Positions 1 to 11,791 of a DNA stretch of 57,158 bases are shown piece after piece. Every line of letters starts with the position of its first letter. Within the stretch, counting starts at the first letter, position 1. Origin of the DNA: Hyphochytrium catenoides (taxonomy: Eukaryota; Protista; Hyphochytriomycota); the NCBI GenBank assembly GCA_900088475.1, contig FLMG01000131.1, forward strand, positions 1 to 57,158. Direction: 5' to 3'. The notes below the pieces were generated by a model. It made no database searches and was not told the origin of the DNA. It was given only the letters and a program-made list of their open reading frames with translations. A program made the translations under genes and the position numbers.

Positions 1-1160
1 AGCTGTGTCTCTTCTTCGAGTCGTTCCTTGAACAATCCCTTAGGCGATTGTAACTGTTTCCCGCTTTCTTTGTTTGCCTGTCCTACCGGCTCTCTTGTTA
101 GCAGCGTAGTCGCCCTGCAGCTCCCGCTGTGTTGCTGTCTCTCCCTGTTCTCTGTTGTTCATTGTCCGTCCCGTCTAGCAGTCATCATCAGGGCACTGCA
201 GCTGCGAACATTCATTCAGGGCATTTGATTGTCATCTTCACCTCCACGCTCCGTACATAGAACCTCCTGCCTCTTGTAAGGACGCATTGCGAGGGATTGC
301 ACGGCCGTCAGAGCCACAATAGCATGGAACGTAGCAACTTTTCTTCCAGCGCGGCCTCTTCTTTTTTAAGTACAAAAGAGATTGCTGCGTGCATTCTCAT
401 CTCTTCCCCTGCTGCCTCCAATTAGATCATCAGCCCTGGTCTGTTATCGTCCTTTCACCACTTCCTAGCACTTCCGGTGATGAGCTTCTCTCTCTGTTAT
501 CCACGGAGCATTCCTCTTCAAGACTCTCAGAAGCGCCGATGCTTTTCATATGCTTCTTAAGAGATGAGCTACCCTCTTGGGAGGGTCTCTGTTAGGCTAC
601 TGCCTCCTGTGTCGCAGCCAAATTTTGAGGTCTTGATCCATCAAAGAGCTTCTTCACTGGCTGTTCTCGCCGACTGGCTAGCCAGCATAAATAATTTTTG
701 CCTCTTGCATTCTTCCTGGTTCTTTACCGGCGCGAACAAATGCATGGACTCGTGAGCACTATCAATGCTATAACAGCCATGCTTGTTTCCTCCTGCGTAT
801 GCTGCGTTCGTCTCTTTCTTTCTAAGCTACTAGAGCGTGGTATAAGCGGCTAAAGTCTGCTCTCTGGGTAGTATGAGGCTGGGAATGGGATATAGGGTGA
901 CATCCGGAGGCTGCCGACGACAGACTGCCGACGAGAACGGGTTGCTGCCACTTGTAGACAACTGGGCCACTAGACGACGTGCTCCCTGCCGCATACGAGT
1001 AGCCAAAGACGGGCGGTTGCCCTTGAGCGCAGATCTGATAGTAGCAGCAGGTTGGGTCGTCTGAACGGATGGTAAGAAGGCTAAGTCTAATAGCCCTCAT
1101 TACAGAATTTAGCGGGCCTTCTGGCAAAGGCGGTGCTTCTGGCTATGACGGTGGTCATTG
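1..1160 (-). pseudogene. Possible decayed coding sequence (charged, low complexity)
   Basis: Minus-strand fragments such as KKHMKSIGASESLEEECSVDNRERSSSPEVL, VLKKEEAALEEKLLRS and KQLQSPKGLFKERLEEETQ lie in different frames separated by stops. Confidence 0.25.
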
Positions 1161-3239
1161 TGTTCTGTCCACCTTCAAGCAACAGAAGGAAAGATGGCTA
1201 ATAAGTGAGATAAGATTGGGGAGGCTCTTCTGGTTGTCACTCTTTAGTCAGTGCCAAGAATGTTGTTAGTATGATATACATCAAGTTGGCCAACCCCCCA
1301 ACAAACAAATCATTTAGATGAAAGGGAAGCAGCAACTTAGGTGTCTAAAGGACCATAGGACATTGAGAACTAAGAAAAACAGAGAGGGAGAGGCAGGAAG
1401 AAGATAGAAGAATGAGAGCAGAGGGAAGAGATGAGACAGAGGAGGAAGAGCGAGACTCGGAGGGAGAAGAAAGGGAAGGGGGAGAGAAAGAGAGAGGTAG
1501 ATAGTAGTGGGGGAGAGAGAAGAGAAGAAAGAGACACACTAACCCCAATTTATCACGACAACCCTTCCTCCTTGTCATGCAAGCCTCTGCTAGCAAGAAG
1601 GTCAAAATATATCATCATAACGACTGCATCCAAGCACGTGGGTTGTTGGGCTGAAGCATTTTTTTGAGATTAGCAGCTAACTGCTATTCCTGGATTGCAC
1701 CTGCACTTCCAAACACAACGGCGAGGGATCGCAATTCAATAGCCCTGGTTGTTGGCAACCTTGAGTACGGCGGGCGTCCATCATGCATGTATGGTAATGA
1801 CGAAAGTCAGCTATGGTCGCCGATTGGCACGCTGGAAGTAGAGCGACTGCAGCTCGAGGCAAGAGCCTCGGCGTGGCGAGGAGCAGCAGCAGCAAACGCC
1901 CGCAGCGGGTCTTGGAGTTGGGGCCCCAGCAACCCCTACAATGGAGGAAAGAGGATGTGGTGGGGGAAGAGTGAGAAAAGTGGCAGGAGCTATAAGGGAG
2001 GATCAACCTTGGGAGAGCGCCGAGGGCCGTGAACTGTATTACGGTTATGGGCACTAAAGCCCTCCTGCTAGTCCTGCAAGGTGGAATGCTTGCGTCTTAT
2101 GCACTTCCCCATCCTATGTTATCATGCCTCTTTTGGTGAGGTCCCTCCTCTCCTTTCGGATGGATAGTCTCATTAGCTCATTACCTATAACGACACAGTG
2201 GCCTCAATGCAGCACCTCCTAGTAACGGGAGAGCAGTCCTCATAGCGGCAGCATCCACTGGCGGCACCTTCCTACCTATCTACCTCCATGCACTGCCACA
2301 ACGACGTCTATCATCTCCTCTCGTCCGCCGCGGGGTCACGACGGCGGCACACAGCAACAATAATGAGGTACGTAAAGAAGGCATATCCCGCAGCTTGGCA
2401 GAAGGAACAGAAAAAGTCGTCGGTGTCCATCTCTCATCACCACTTTCTTTCGTCATTGGATGAGGAACAGAGCAATTATGATCATCTTCTTCAGTTCGAG
2501 TCTTTCTCAAATGATGATACCGCAGCAGCTTCTCCTATGATACTGCCAGCAGCAGCGGCAACAAGCAACCATCGCATCTTCACGTCTGCACCTGACAAAC
2601 AGCACTTATTAGCCCACAGTGAGCAGCAGCCAGTCAGCACACCAAGATGAAGACACTGCTGACCCGTAATAGTGCTTATCCTTGGTGCTCGCGCTGCTGA
2701 TTGCCGCCGGCGCGCGACGCTGCTGAGAGGGCAAGAGAAGGACAGAGACGGAGGACAGTGGTCCACTTTTCTGTACCGCAACATACAGGCGCAGCTTCAA
2801 CCAGCCCTCCGTCCATATTCCGCATCTGGTGCTCCCTGGCTTAGGTTATTCTCGATACCATTTTTCTAAGTTGCGGCTTCAGACCAGTGTATAGTTGCAC
2901 TAAAGATTCATTCGTTTCTTCAGCCAGGCAGAAATACTCATAGATTCAAACTTGTTTGGTTGGGCCAAACGAAGCTTTCAAAAATGGAAACAAAGGACGA
3001 AGGTTTCAGAAGCAGGTGGGCTGACAGAAGCGTCTTTGTAACGCCACGCTTGGATTCTGATTCCCACCCATCCCACAACTTAATTAACTCATGGCGTAGT
3101 ACAGGTAGAGGGTGGGTGGGAGATGGATCGTGTCATGGTCTTTGGCACTTTTCTCATTTGCCCTTTCAAACGTATCCTTGTTCTTATCTCTAGCCAGGCC
3201 GTCCCTGTTGTTTCCTTCGACCTTGGACCTCTCTGTCTC

Positions 3240-3462
3240 TCACCAACCTCTCCTCCTCTCTTTTCTTTCTCTCACTCTTCAGATCTTCCTCTTCCTTTTC
3301 TTTCTCTCTCTTTTTCTCTCTGTCTTTCTCTCTCTCTCTGCGCGCTCTCCTCCCTCTGTCTCTCTTGACCCCTTATGACTCTATCTGTCTCTCTTCTTTC
3401 TCTGTCCTGTACGAACCAAAACACAATGGTAGGCAGCTTCTCTCTCTCCTCTCTCTCTCTCT

Positions 3463-3506
<44 letters not shown>

Positions 3507-3528
3507 TCTCTCTCTCTTTCTCTCTTTC
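3240..3528 (+). repeat. (CT)n-rich microsatellite region upstream of the CBS gene
   Basis: Long interrupted CT dinucleotide runs. Confidence 0.9.
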
Positions 3529-3764
3529 ATAAACAGAACTCTGTCTCGACAGGACATCATCTTGAGCCTGCTCTTTGCGCCCTGTGTACTTCTCCTTCGA
3601 ACTTTCCCAATATATCTCCTGCTCACGCTCATTCCTAAACTTGACATCCAAGAAGAACAACAGAGATCGCAGATATCTGAAGACTGAGATCTGCAGAAGA
3701 AAGAATCTCAAGCAAAACGACATTGAGAACCGTAGAACAATCAAAAGCTAAGACGCTAACCAAG

Positions 3765-5021
3765 ATGGCCGCACATAACCCTGATGATAGGCAAAAGCTT
3801 GACCAGGAGATCTACAACTTTCTCCAGAGCCACAGCGTTGACAGCTTTCTCATCCCTCAAGAAAAGCTTCTGATAGCGCCGTCCCAATGGACTGTGGACA
3901 GAGCCATGAAGGAGATGCTGAAGCGGAACATTAGCAGCGTTCCGGTCTACGAGCAAGACTATGAGATCGTCCCGCCTCTTGACTGGGAGGACGTCCCTGT
4001 CCAAGCCACATTGGGCCCACGCTACTGGTTGGGCTTCGTAGACTGCTTGGATCTGGCGGCCATGGCCCTCCAGACAGACATAACAAAGAAGGAGGAGTCG
4101 CTGTTAGCCAAGCTCTCGAGCTGGATTTCGCTCACTCCAAGGTACTACATAGGCTCTCAATAGTACTGACTTCATGAAGTGGACAGTTGCTGATGATGCT
4201 CTCCGTCTGCCCACAGCTCCAAGGAGGTTGGCCGAGTGATCAATCTCTCAAATGCAGACCCTTTCTATGGCATCAGACTGGGCAACTCCCTGTTGAGGGT
4301 GATGGAGGCCATGTCCAGGGGTGTCCATCGTGTGGCTATCGTCAGCCCGGACCCTGAATACAAGGACGTCCTACAGGTGGTGGGCGTCATCACTCAGTCG
4401 CAGCTGGTCAAGCTCCTTGCAGACAATCTATATGCATTAGGAGACCTACCCGGCTATACGATAGAGGAGCTCTTCGCAGACAAGCTGCAGACAAAGCCAA
4501 AGGTGCTGACTGCCTCAACAAAGGTTTCGGCGCGGCAAGTGCTGGAGCTGATGGTGACCAACAAACTTTCAGCCATTCCGCTGGTGGATGAGAATGAGGC
4601 TATTGTCACGAGCATGAGCGCCTCAGACATCAGGGCACTTTGCAAGCTGCCTAAAGACCAGTGGACAATCTTGGACTCCCCGGCTTTGGAGTTTATCAAC
4701 GAGATCAGGAAGATCTTGCTGCAAGAGATCCCAGATTCTTTCATGGGATCCAGACAGATTGACAGAGCTATCACTGTCAACCCTCGGGACACGGTGGGGA
4801 CAGTGCTGAACCTCATCGCGGCCTCCAGATTGCATCGTGTGTACGTCGTGGACAATAGACGACGTGTCATTGCAGTGATCTCGCTTACGGATGTGGTGGC
4901 GGCCTTGCGGCCTAAGGGAGTGGTGACGGCCTCACCTAAGCCAAAACATAAGACACTGGCGCCACAAGATGTCCAGAAGGCAGCTGAAGCACCAGTGGAT
5001 GAAGGCAAGAAGACTCAGTAA
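3765..5021 (+). CDS. CBS-domain (Bateman module) protein, SDS23/AMPK-gamma-like; 2 exons (intron 4142-4216)
   Basis: ATG at 3765 (MAAHNPDD...). A GT-AG intron joins ORF 3723-4163 to ORF 4236-5021 in frame (CCA AG|C TCC). Four CBS-like signatures: NISSVPVY..GFVDCLDL, GVHRVAIV..VGVITQSQLV, KLSAIPLVD..SMSASDIR, RLHRVYVVD..IAVISLTDVV. Ends TAA. Confidence 0.88.
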
Positions 5022-5372
5022 GCGCGCCTGCATCCCCCGGGACAGTGATGTGTGTTTTCTCTGTAGGAAGGTTGTCTATAGCTATACATCGCGGCGTGGT
5101 CCTCGTGTAAGATAATTGTAAGGTTTGTGTCCAGCTTAAACAGAAGAGCCCACTTTCCTCTCTTTCTTTTTTTTGTCTCTCGATCCCTTTTCCTATGTCC
5201 CTGTGATGCCATCACATAGTACAATCACTCTGTGTGAGCCAGGGTGCATACGGCCTATTCTCTATGTAAAGGCTATCAAGCTGGAGATGCTTGAGAGCGC
5301 TAGAAAAAAAAAGGAAAAAGAGAGGAAGCTAGTGTCCTAGTCTAAAAGAGGATTTATGAAAATGGCTTAGCG

Positions 5373-8300
5373 TTAAAAGCCCGGAGTAGACATACGACCG
5401 ATGCCTTCGAACCGCCGGTCACCGTCTCTACTGGGAGGATGGTAGGATAGGGATGACCTTCTACCATCACCATAGCCGTGGTCCCCTCTTGTTCCCCTGG
5501 GACCTCCATAGTACTCTGGTTCATCATCTTGGAATGACCCGCCCCGAGCCCTGGTCTGAGTAGGTGCTGCTGCCTGGTATGGCGCAGGAGCGGCCCCACC
5601 ACCTTGATAGGCTGGTGCCAAGCCGCCTGCATTTCTAATACGCTCATTGTTGGTGCGGATCGTGTTCTTTAGCCTGTTGACCCAGCCAATCATCTCTTCC
5701 CTCGTCTCCGCTGCAAGAACCAGCTTCCGCTCTTCGGAGTTGACAGCGAATCTCCATTCTGAAGATCCACTCGTCCCAGTCTTCATCTGATCAGCAGGAA
5801 GAACCTCGATGGCGTTCTCATCGAGGTTTTCAAAGTAGACCTCGCCTAAGAATGACTGTCCGGCCGCTTGCTCTTGATTCTCATAGTATCTTAGGGCGTT
5901 CTGATAGACAATGAAGTACCGGCGCTTCCAGTTCTGTCGGTGTGCTCCTTTCTTCCATCTGGAGCAAAGCAGAGCCATATTAGACATCGGCAGCAGCCAT
6001 TAAAAAGTTGCAACGAGAAGAGCTAAGCAAGGACAGTGACTTGGATAGCAAGTAGATCACCCCGAAGACGGCATAATAGCTCAAAGCTAAGGAAGAGGAA
6101 CAACAATGAAGCGCCAGCACAGCCTCCAACAGGAACTGACTCATCCTGGTAAAAGAGAGAAGGAGGAACAAAACAACGTATACTTAAGGACTAAAGAGCA
6201 ATTGCACGTACAGCCAGCCCTGGCTTGGTCCAAGCATTTGCGGTTGTATCTCTACTTGGGCCACCGCTGATCCCCTCGCACGCTCCCTTGCCAATCGAGA
6301 CGCTGTGCATGTCGCTCTTAGAGCTGCTTCCCACTGCATAAAGGCCAATGTTCGCAAAAGGAGCAGCAGGAAGGATGAGATGAGTCTACTAGCAAGCCAT
6401 CTCATAGAATCGAGACAAGAAGAGGAGAGGACGAGATGACGTTTCCCTTAAAAGACACATAGAAACTACGCCCAGCTACCTCTTGCAGGTCTTCGTTGGA
6501 GACAGCCGTGACGTAGAGAGAGCGCTCCTTTGTGGTCAACTCGAGGATGCGGAAAAATCCTGGGACGCGGCCCAACTTGAGAGATTGAGGAGGCAGAACC
6601 TTTACCGAGCGTTCATCCACCCAGCTGAGGTTAACCTAAGAACACTGTCTTAGCATAACGTACATTCAGTTGGCTAGTTTCGCTTTCTTTGGTCTCCTTC
6701 TCTCTCGCTCTCGCTCTCTCTCTTTCTCTCTCTCCTATATTCCTCGATGCCCGGTCCTGTCTTTTGATCATCCAGTTTTGCTCCGTTTGCGTGGAGGAGG
6801 GCCGTACCTCGCCCTTCTGCTTCCCTCCGGGTCTATCGAAGTACTTGAGGTAGGTAGGATAGAGTGTGAAGTGCCTCTCTTTCCAATTTTTGTTCAACGC
6901 CCCTCGCTTCCAGATCATTCCCTCCTAGTGATGCAAGCAAATGGTGTTGAGTTAGCAGACCTTGAACAAAAATTCAGCAGAAAAGAGATATATCCTATGC
7001 CGAAGAAAGAGAGACACCATTCAAGGAAGCAGCAAAGGGCAAGTAAGGGACAAAGGTAGGTCAGAAAGATAGGTTAATCTGTAAGGTAGAGTCTCACAAA
7101 CAAGTGAGAGGTGGAGGACCGATTAGCCGGCCTAAAGACAGCGAAAGAAGAAAGAGATGTCCTGAGTTGGCTACCTTAATCAACCCGTGCGGCTGGCTGA
7201 GGATAGTGTCTATATTATATGGCGTGAAGGGCTGCTGTGCTTGTTGTTGAGGAAGTGATGGTGCCCGTGCTGTCTTTGAAGGACTAGTCTCCCTTGGGGA
7301 GTCTCCTAGTCTTGCTCGTGCTTCATCTTCCATATAAGGAACTCCTGCGGTGTCACACTTCCCGCCTGCTGGAGTCCTATAAGCTCTCCCTCCAGGACGA
7401 GGCTCCGCCTCTGCCCAGTCTCTTTCCCTTCCAGAACTTCCGCTGCTGAGCAAAGAGGTCACACTGACAATGCCACTAGCTCGCCCTGATAGCTCTGAGG
7501 ATGGGGATCGCCCTACAGTTTCCCGTGAAGGAGAGAAATCGCCGTAGACATTGCCCGTTAAACTTTGCCGTTGGTATGGAGCCGAACTTAGCTTCTCTCC
7601 ACGGGTAGAAGAGGATGGGCTCATATCTTTGTGAGAGGGCGAACGGCTGTCGTAGTACCTTCCTTCAGGGCTCTGACGTCGATGAGGAGCGGAGCTTGCT
7701 CTTTCTGCATAAGTAGGAGGTACCACATGCAGTGGAGGACTAGGTGCAGCCCTCTCTCTCTTCTGCTTTGAACGCGCTATGGCGCGACTCGGCTCACCCT
7801 CACAAACGTATCGGAAGTAAAGTAGCCACTAGGGGCCGAACAGGACCAAGGGCAAAAAGAGAGGTAGAGGGAATGACGCATGGCGGTGAGGACCTGAGTC
7901 TCAGAGAGCGTAACGTGTGATACTTACGTCTTGCATTTCTTCTTGACTATCTGCCGCCAAGTACAGCTGCCGTTTGTTTCTAGTTGAGGAGATGCTGAAT
8001 AGGAATCCTGTTGGTTCTAAGGGAGCCAGACCGAGCGCCGATAGAGCGTCCCATATAAAAGACAAGTTGATCAGCTTTCCAAAGACATAAGGAGGATCAG
8101 AGCAGATATCTTGAAAACGGAGACGGAAAAGGTAGCCCAAGAGAGAGGCTGTCGATAACGCTAGGATATGATAAGGTGCTTCTCATAAATGGAGAGACCC
8201 TCGGCGAGGCAGCTAACGCAAACTTCAAGCAAGAGGAGTACCTTCTTCAATAGCATCTCCCGGGTTCTCCCTCAGTAGGTTGCAAGAATAGGCATCATCA

Positions 8301-9732
8301 TCGAAGCAAAGCGTCATCTGGCAACGTAATTCGAGGAGGAGTCAGGAGAGCTTGATATTACGTCGGATATACCGGAGGCAAGCGGGGAGAAACGGAGACT
8401 GAGCCTATTCGTACCTTGCCCAGTAGCTTTCCTTCCTCCTTGTCTAGGTAGCACACGCAGTACGGATACAGGAGCACCCAGCGTTGTATCCAGCGTCCTC
8501 TGTGCAGCTTCCATAATGAGCCAGACTTCACCACCTCGAGCGGATCGAGATCGGGATACAGCCGGCGGAACTCTTCAGCAGCATTCCTCTTCGGCCTAGA
8601 AGACGTGGTGGATTGTCTCACTTCTGAGAGCACATCGCATAGGGTTTTCAGAGCAGAGGAAGGGGAATGTGTTACCGTCTTATAAGCACGATAGAGGCTA
8701 ACAAGTGCAGCACATCTCACGAGAGAGCTAGGTTGGATTAGCCCTGAGAACACAAGGGACCTTCCAAAATAAACAGACGAGTCATCATGAGTTGAGAAAA
8801 TCGCACAACTCAGCTCTTGCGGAGACAATGTAATGCCATGCTATACCAGTCTCTGCTTCTCTCTCAGGGCTCTCAAAGCTTGCGAGGCTGCCATAACGCT
8901 CGCTGTAGGAGGTTTGACCTGTGTTCCGCTGAGGAGGAGTTGAGGCTCGTCCTTCGACTTCTTGGTTGTTGACAGAGCGGAGGGTTTGATACTGATCCTG
9001 TTTGCTGTCAGAGCTGTAGCTCTGCATTCGCGCAGGATTGACGATAGGAGAGACAGACACCTTCTTCGTCAGATCCTCTGCTTCCTTGTCATCAGCGCCA
9101 TCAACAAGCTGTCGCTCTGAGTAATCAGGATAGTCTGTTCTGACTCTAAGGTCAAAGGTCTCGTGCTGGGTAGTAGGAGGAGACGCTCTTCTGCTAATGG
9201 GAGAGGGAGAAGATGGCTTGGCAAGGTCTTTGATGTTGGGAGGAGTACCAGGAGGCGTGAAGTCCTGAGAGGGCGGTGTACTGACAAAGTAGTCTCCATC
9301 TCTTTCTGCATATGGCTTAATGCCTCTCATCCAATCCGGCTCACTATCTTCTTCTCTCAGTCCTAGAAGATCAGCGGAGGTCCAGGTCAAGAGAACCGAA
9401 CTGAATGGGACTACGGATGCTCAATAAGCGGAAAGAAGGAGAGAAAGCAACTTCTTTACCTAACTCCGTGCCCTCGGGCGGCACATCGGCAGGAGTGAGG
9501 TCAGCGATGCTGGTATCCACGTAGATGCTGCCTTCCTGATCGAATATGATAACATCATCATTGAGGGCTAGGGGAGAACCGTCTATGAGGAGGACGTGCC
9601 GGGGTTGTGCTGGAGAGTAAGAGATGACATTGTCGTACCTGGTCTCTTCTGCTGGATATCCTCATATCCTGCCTTCACATCCTCCTGCAGCTCCTTGAAG
9701 GTTGTCTTCAGCGAGGTGATAAAGTTCGCCAT
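5373..9732 (-). CDS. Multi-exon protein with three pleckstrin homology (PH) domains and S/P-rich disordered linkers
   Basis: Spliced exons give PH1 VVKSGSLWKLHRGRWIQRWVLL...QLYLAADSQEEMQD|W, PH2 LIK|EGMIWKRGALNKNWKERHFTL...SLYVTAVSNEDLQE|WEAAL and PH3 GWL|WKKGAHRQNWKRRYFIV...LVLAAETREEMIGWVNRL. The junctions checked are GT-AG and in frame. The start at 9732 (MANFITSLK) is less certain and needs a 29-nt intron. Confidence 0.82.
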
Positions 9733-10032
9733 CTTAGCTTTCCTGGTCTTAATCTACTGAGCCTTTTGAGACCACCAGGCACCGAGCGCCTGTTGCCGCG
9801 TCCTGATCAGCAGCAGCCTCCGCGGCCGAGGAGGAGAGCGGGCTCAACAAGAGCTTTGGCCTCCGACAGCATTTTTCGGTCCAACAGAAGAGCTGTTAGA
9901 CGCTACGATGGACAGCAGGCAACGATACGCAATGTGTGCGCTGTATATAATCTACGTGGGCCAGGCTGGCTTCGTCTGTGTCTGAGCTTCAGATTTGACA
10001 GACTGGCAATGAGAATCTCAAACGGGAAGATG

Positions 10033-10139
10033 AGGGAGAGAGAGAGCCGAGAGAGAGAGAGAGAGTGATTGAAACGCAAGAAAAAGAAAGCGAGAGCGAG
10101 AGCGAGAGCGAGAGAGCGAGAGACAGAGAGAGAGAGAGA

Positions 10140-10197
<58 letters not shown>

Positions 10198-10200
10198 ACA
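10033..10200 (+). repeat. (GA)n / (GCGAGA)n microsatellite
   Basis: Direct reading of purine-rich GA runs. Confidence 0.92.
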
Positions 10201-10749
10201 CAGGAAGAGACAGAGAATAGAAGCGGCAACAGACAGATGACTGTGTCTAGGCTATTGTGGGCAAATTTCCCTAATGATTCTTGATCTGAAACTATCGATA
10301 GCACTACATATTAGCACCAGGCAGGAATCTTTCAAAGTTAACACCTCAGAAACCTTCAGGGCGGTTCTGATGGGGGAAAGGGACAAGATCTACAGGAAAT
10401 GACAGGAGTTAGGGTTAGGCTGGGGCGCTTCTCTTGCTGCTGTCTCCTCCTCCTCTGCTCCCTCTCTTCACTGTCTCCCTCCATAGAAACATGCCCGAAA
10501 TCCCGAATGTTGAAGCTCGTGATGGTGGTAGATTGGTATCTACCATTGTTGGAGAACTCTAAACTGGTTTAGTCTGAGTATCTGTGGGTGTGCGGAACTA
10601 TTTACACCACCAGTAGTTCCCACTGAGGAAAAAGACAAGACGCTTTAGGTCAAGAGAGGGGGTGGGGCCCCCCAGCATTCCTTACTGTAGTGCTATGACA
10701 GCCGTTTCGGCCTTCACTTGCAATGAAGGAAATGTAACCTTTCGAGCTT

Positions 10750-11113
10750 CTTTCTCTCTCTCTCTCTCTCCCTCTGTCTCTCTCTCTCTGCCTCTCTCTC
10801 TCTGTCTGTCTCTCTCCCTGTCTCTCTCTCTCTCCCTGTCTCTCTCTCTCTCTGTCTCTCTGTCTCTCTCTCTCTCTGTCTGTCTCTCTCCCTGTCTCTC
10901 TCTCCCTGTCTCTCTCTCTGTCTCTCTGTCTCTCGCTCTCTCCTTTCCTCTTTATTTTTCCTCTGTCGCTACTCGTCTCTCTCTTCTTTCTCTCTCTCTC
11001 TCTCTGTCTGTCTCTCTCCCTGTCTCTCTCTCTGTCTCTCTGTCTCTCGCTCTCTCTTTTCCTCTTAATCTTCTCCTCTGTCGCTAGTTGTCTCTCTCTT
11101 CTTTCTCTCTCTC
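10750..11113 (+). repeat. (CT)n/(CTGT)n compound microsatellite containing a direct duplication of about 114 bp
   Basis: ctcgctctctc..ttcctct..a.t.t.cctctgtcgcta..gtctctctcttctttc occurs twice with offset 114 (G at 10935 and 11049). Confidence 0.85.
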
Positions 11114-11791
11114 TCCTATGAGTACTTGCTTTATCCTTGTGTCTCTCTCTTCCTGACTCTTTTGTCATTGTCCTCTTCCTCCTCTCTAATTTTCTGTCTC
11201 TCTTCGTGTCTCCCTCTCTCTCCCCTCCGCTTTCCCTCTGTTCCATTCTTCTTCTCTCTTTATCCTCTTTTCCCATGGCTCTATCACTCTCTTTCTGCTT
11301 GGTTTTGCCAAACATTATTGATGCTGCTACTGAATCCTTCCCTCCTCTCTCTCAGCCTCAAGTCTCTTGTTGTTGACTGCTTGGTGTCTTCCTCCTTCTC
11401 CCTCACTTTCCGCGCCGGTCGGAGCTCCTGTCTGATGACACCCTGGATGACACTCTTAAGGCAGAAGAAGGACAGAGCATCAGACAGACAGAGGGACTGA
11501 GAGAGGAGAGAGCGTCTTCTCCGTTTTGTCCAGCAGAGAATCAATCTCTCTTTCCCGTGCCACTCTTTCCTGTTATCGGCAAAGGTGCTCGCTTTTTCTT
11601 TGNNNNNNNNNNNNNNNNNNNNNNNNNNNNNNNNNNNNNNNNNNNNNNNNNNNNNNNNNNNNNNNNNNNNNNNNNNNNNNNNNNNNNATGAACGCCCAAG
11701 CAGCTTCTCATCATCACCGCAACCCACCAGCTCCAACTTGTTAGACAAGTTACCTTGTTGAGGAACAGGGTACCACGGTTGCTGATAAGCG

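Noticed and set aside
4454-5008. Long antisense ORFs over real genes (also 20666-21088, 45691-46107, 54326-54820)
   Set aside because: Shadow ORFs produced by codon bias on the coding strand; no domain features.
10408-10419. TTAGGGTTAGG telomere-like motif
   Set aside because: Fewer than two full units; expected by chance.
9903-11500. ORFs rich in RE/ER or SL/LS dipeptides (also 3112-3744 and 47186-48337)
   Set aside because: These are translations of (GA)n/(CT)n microsatellites, not proteins.
11603-11687. N-runs (also 12584-12615, 37520-37540, 47372-47417, 50190-50254)
   Set aside because: Assembly gaps, mostly beside low-complexity sequence. ORFs spanning them are unreliable.
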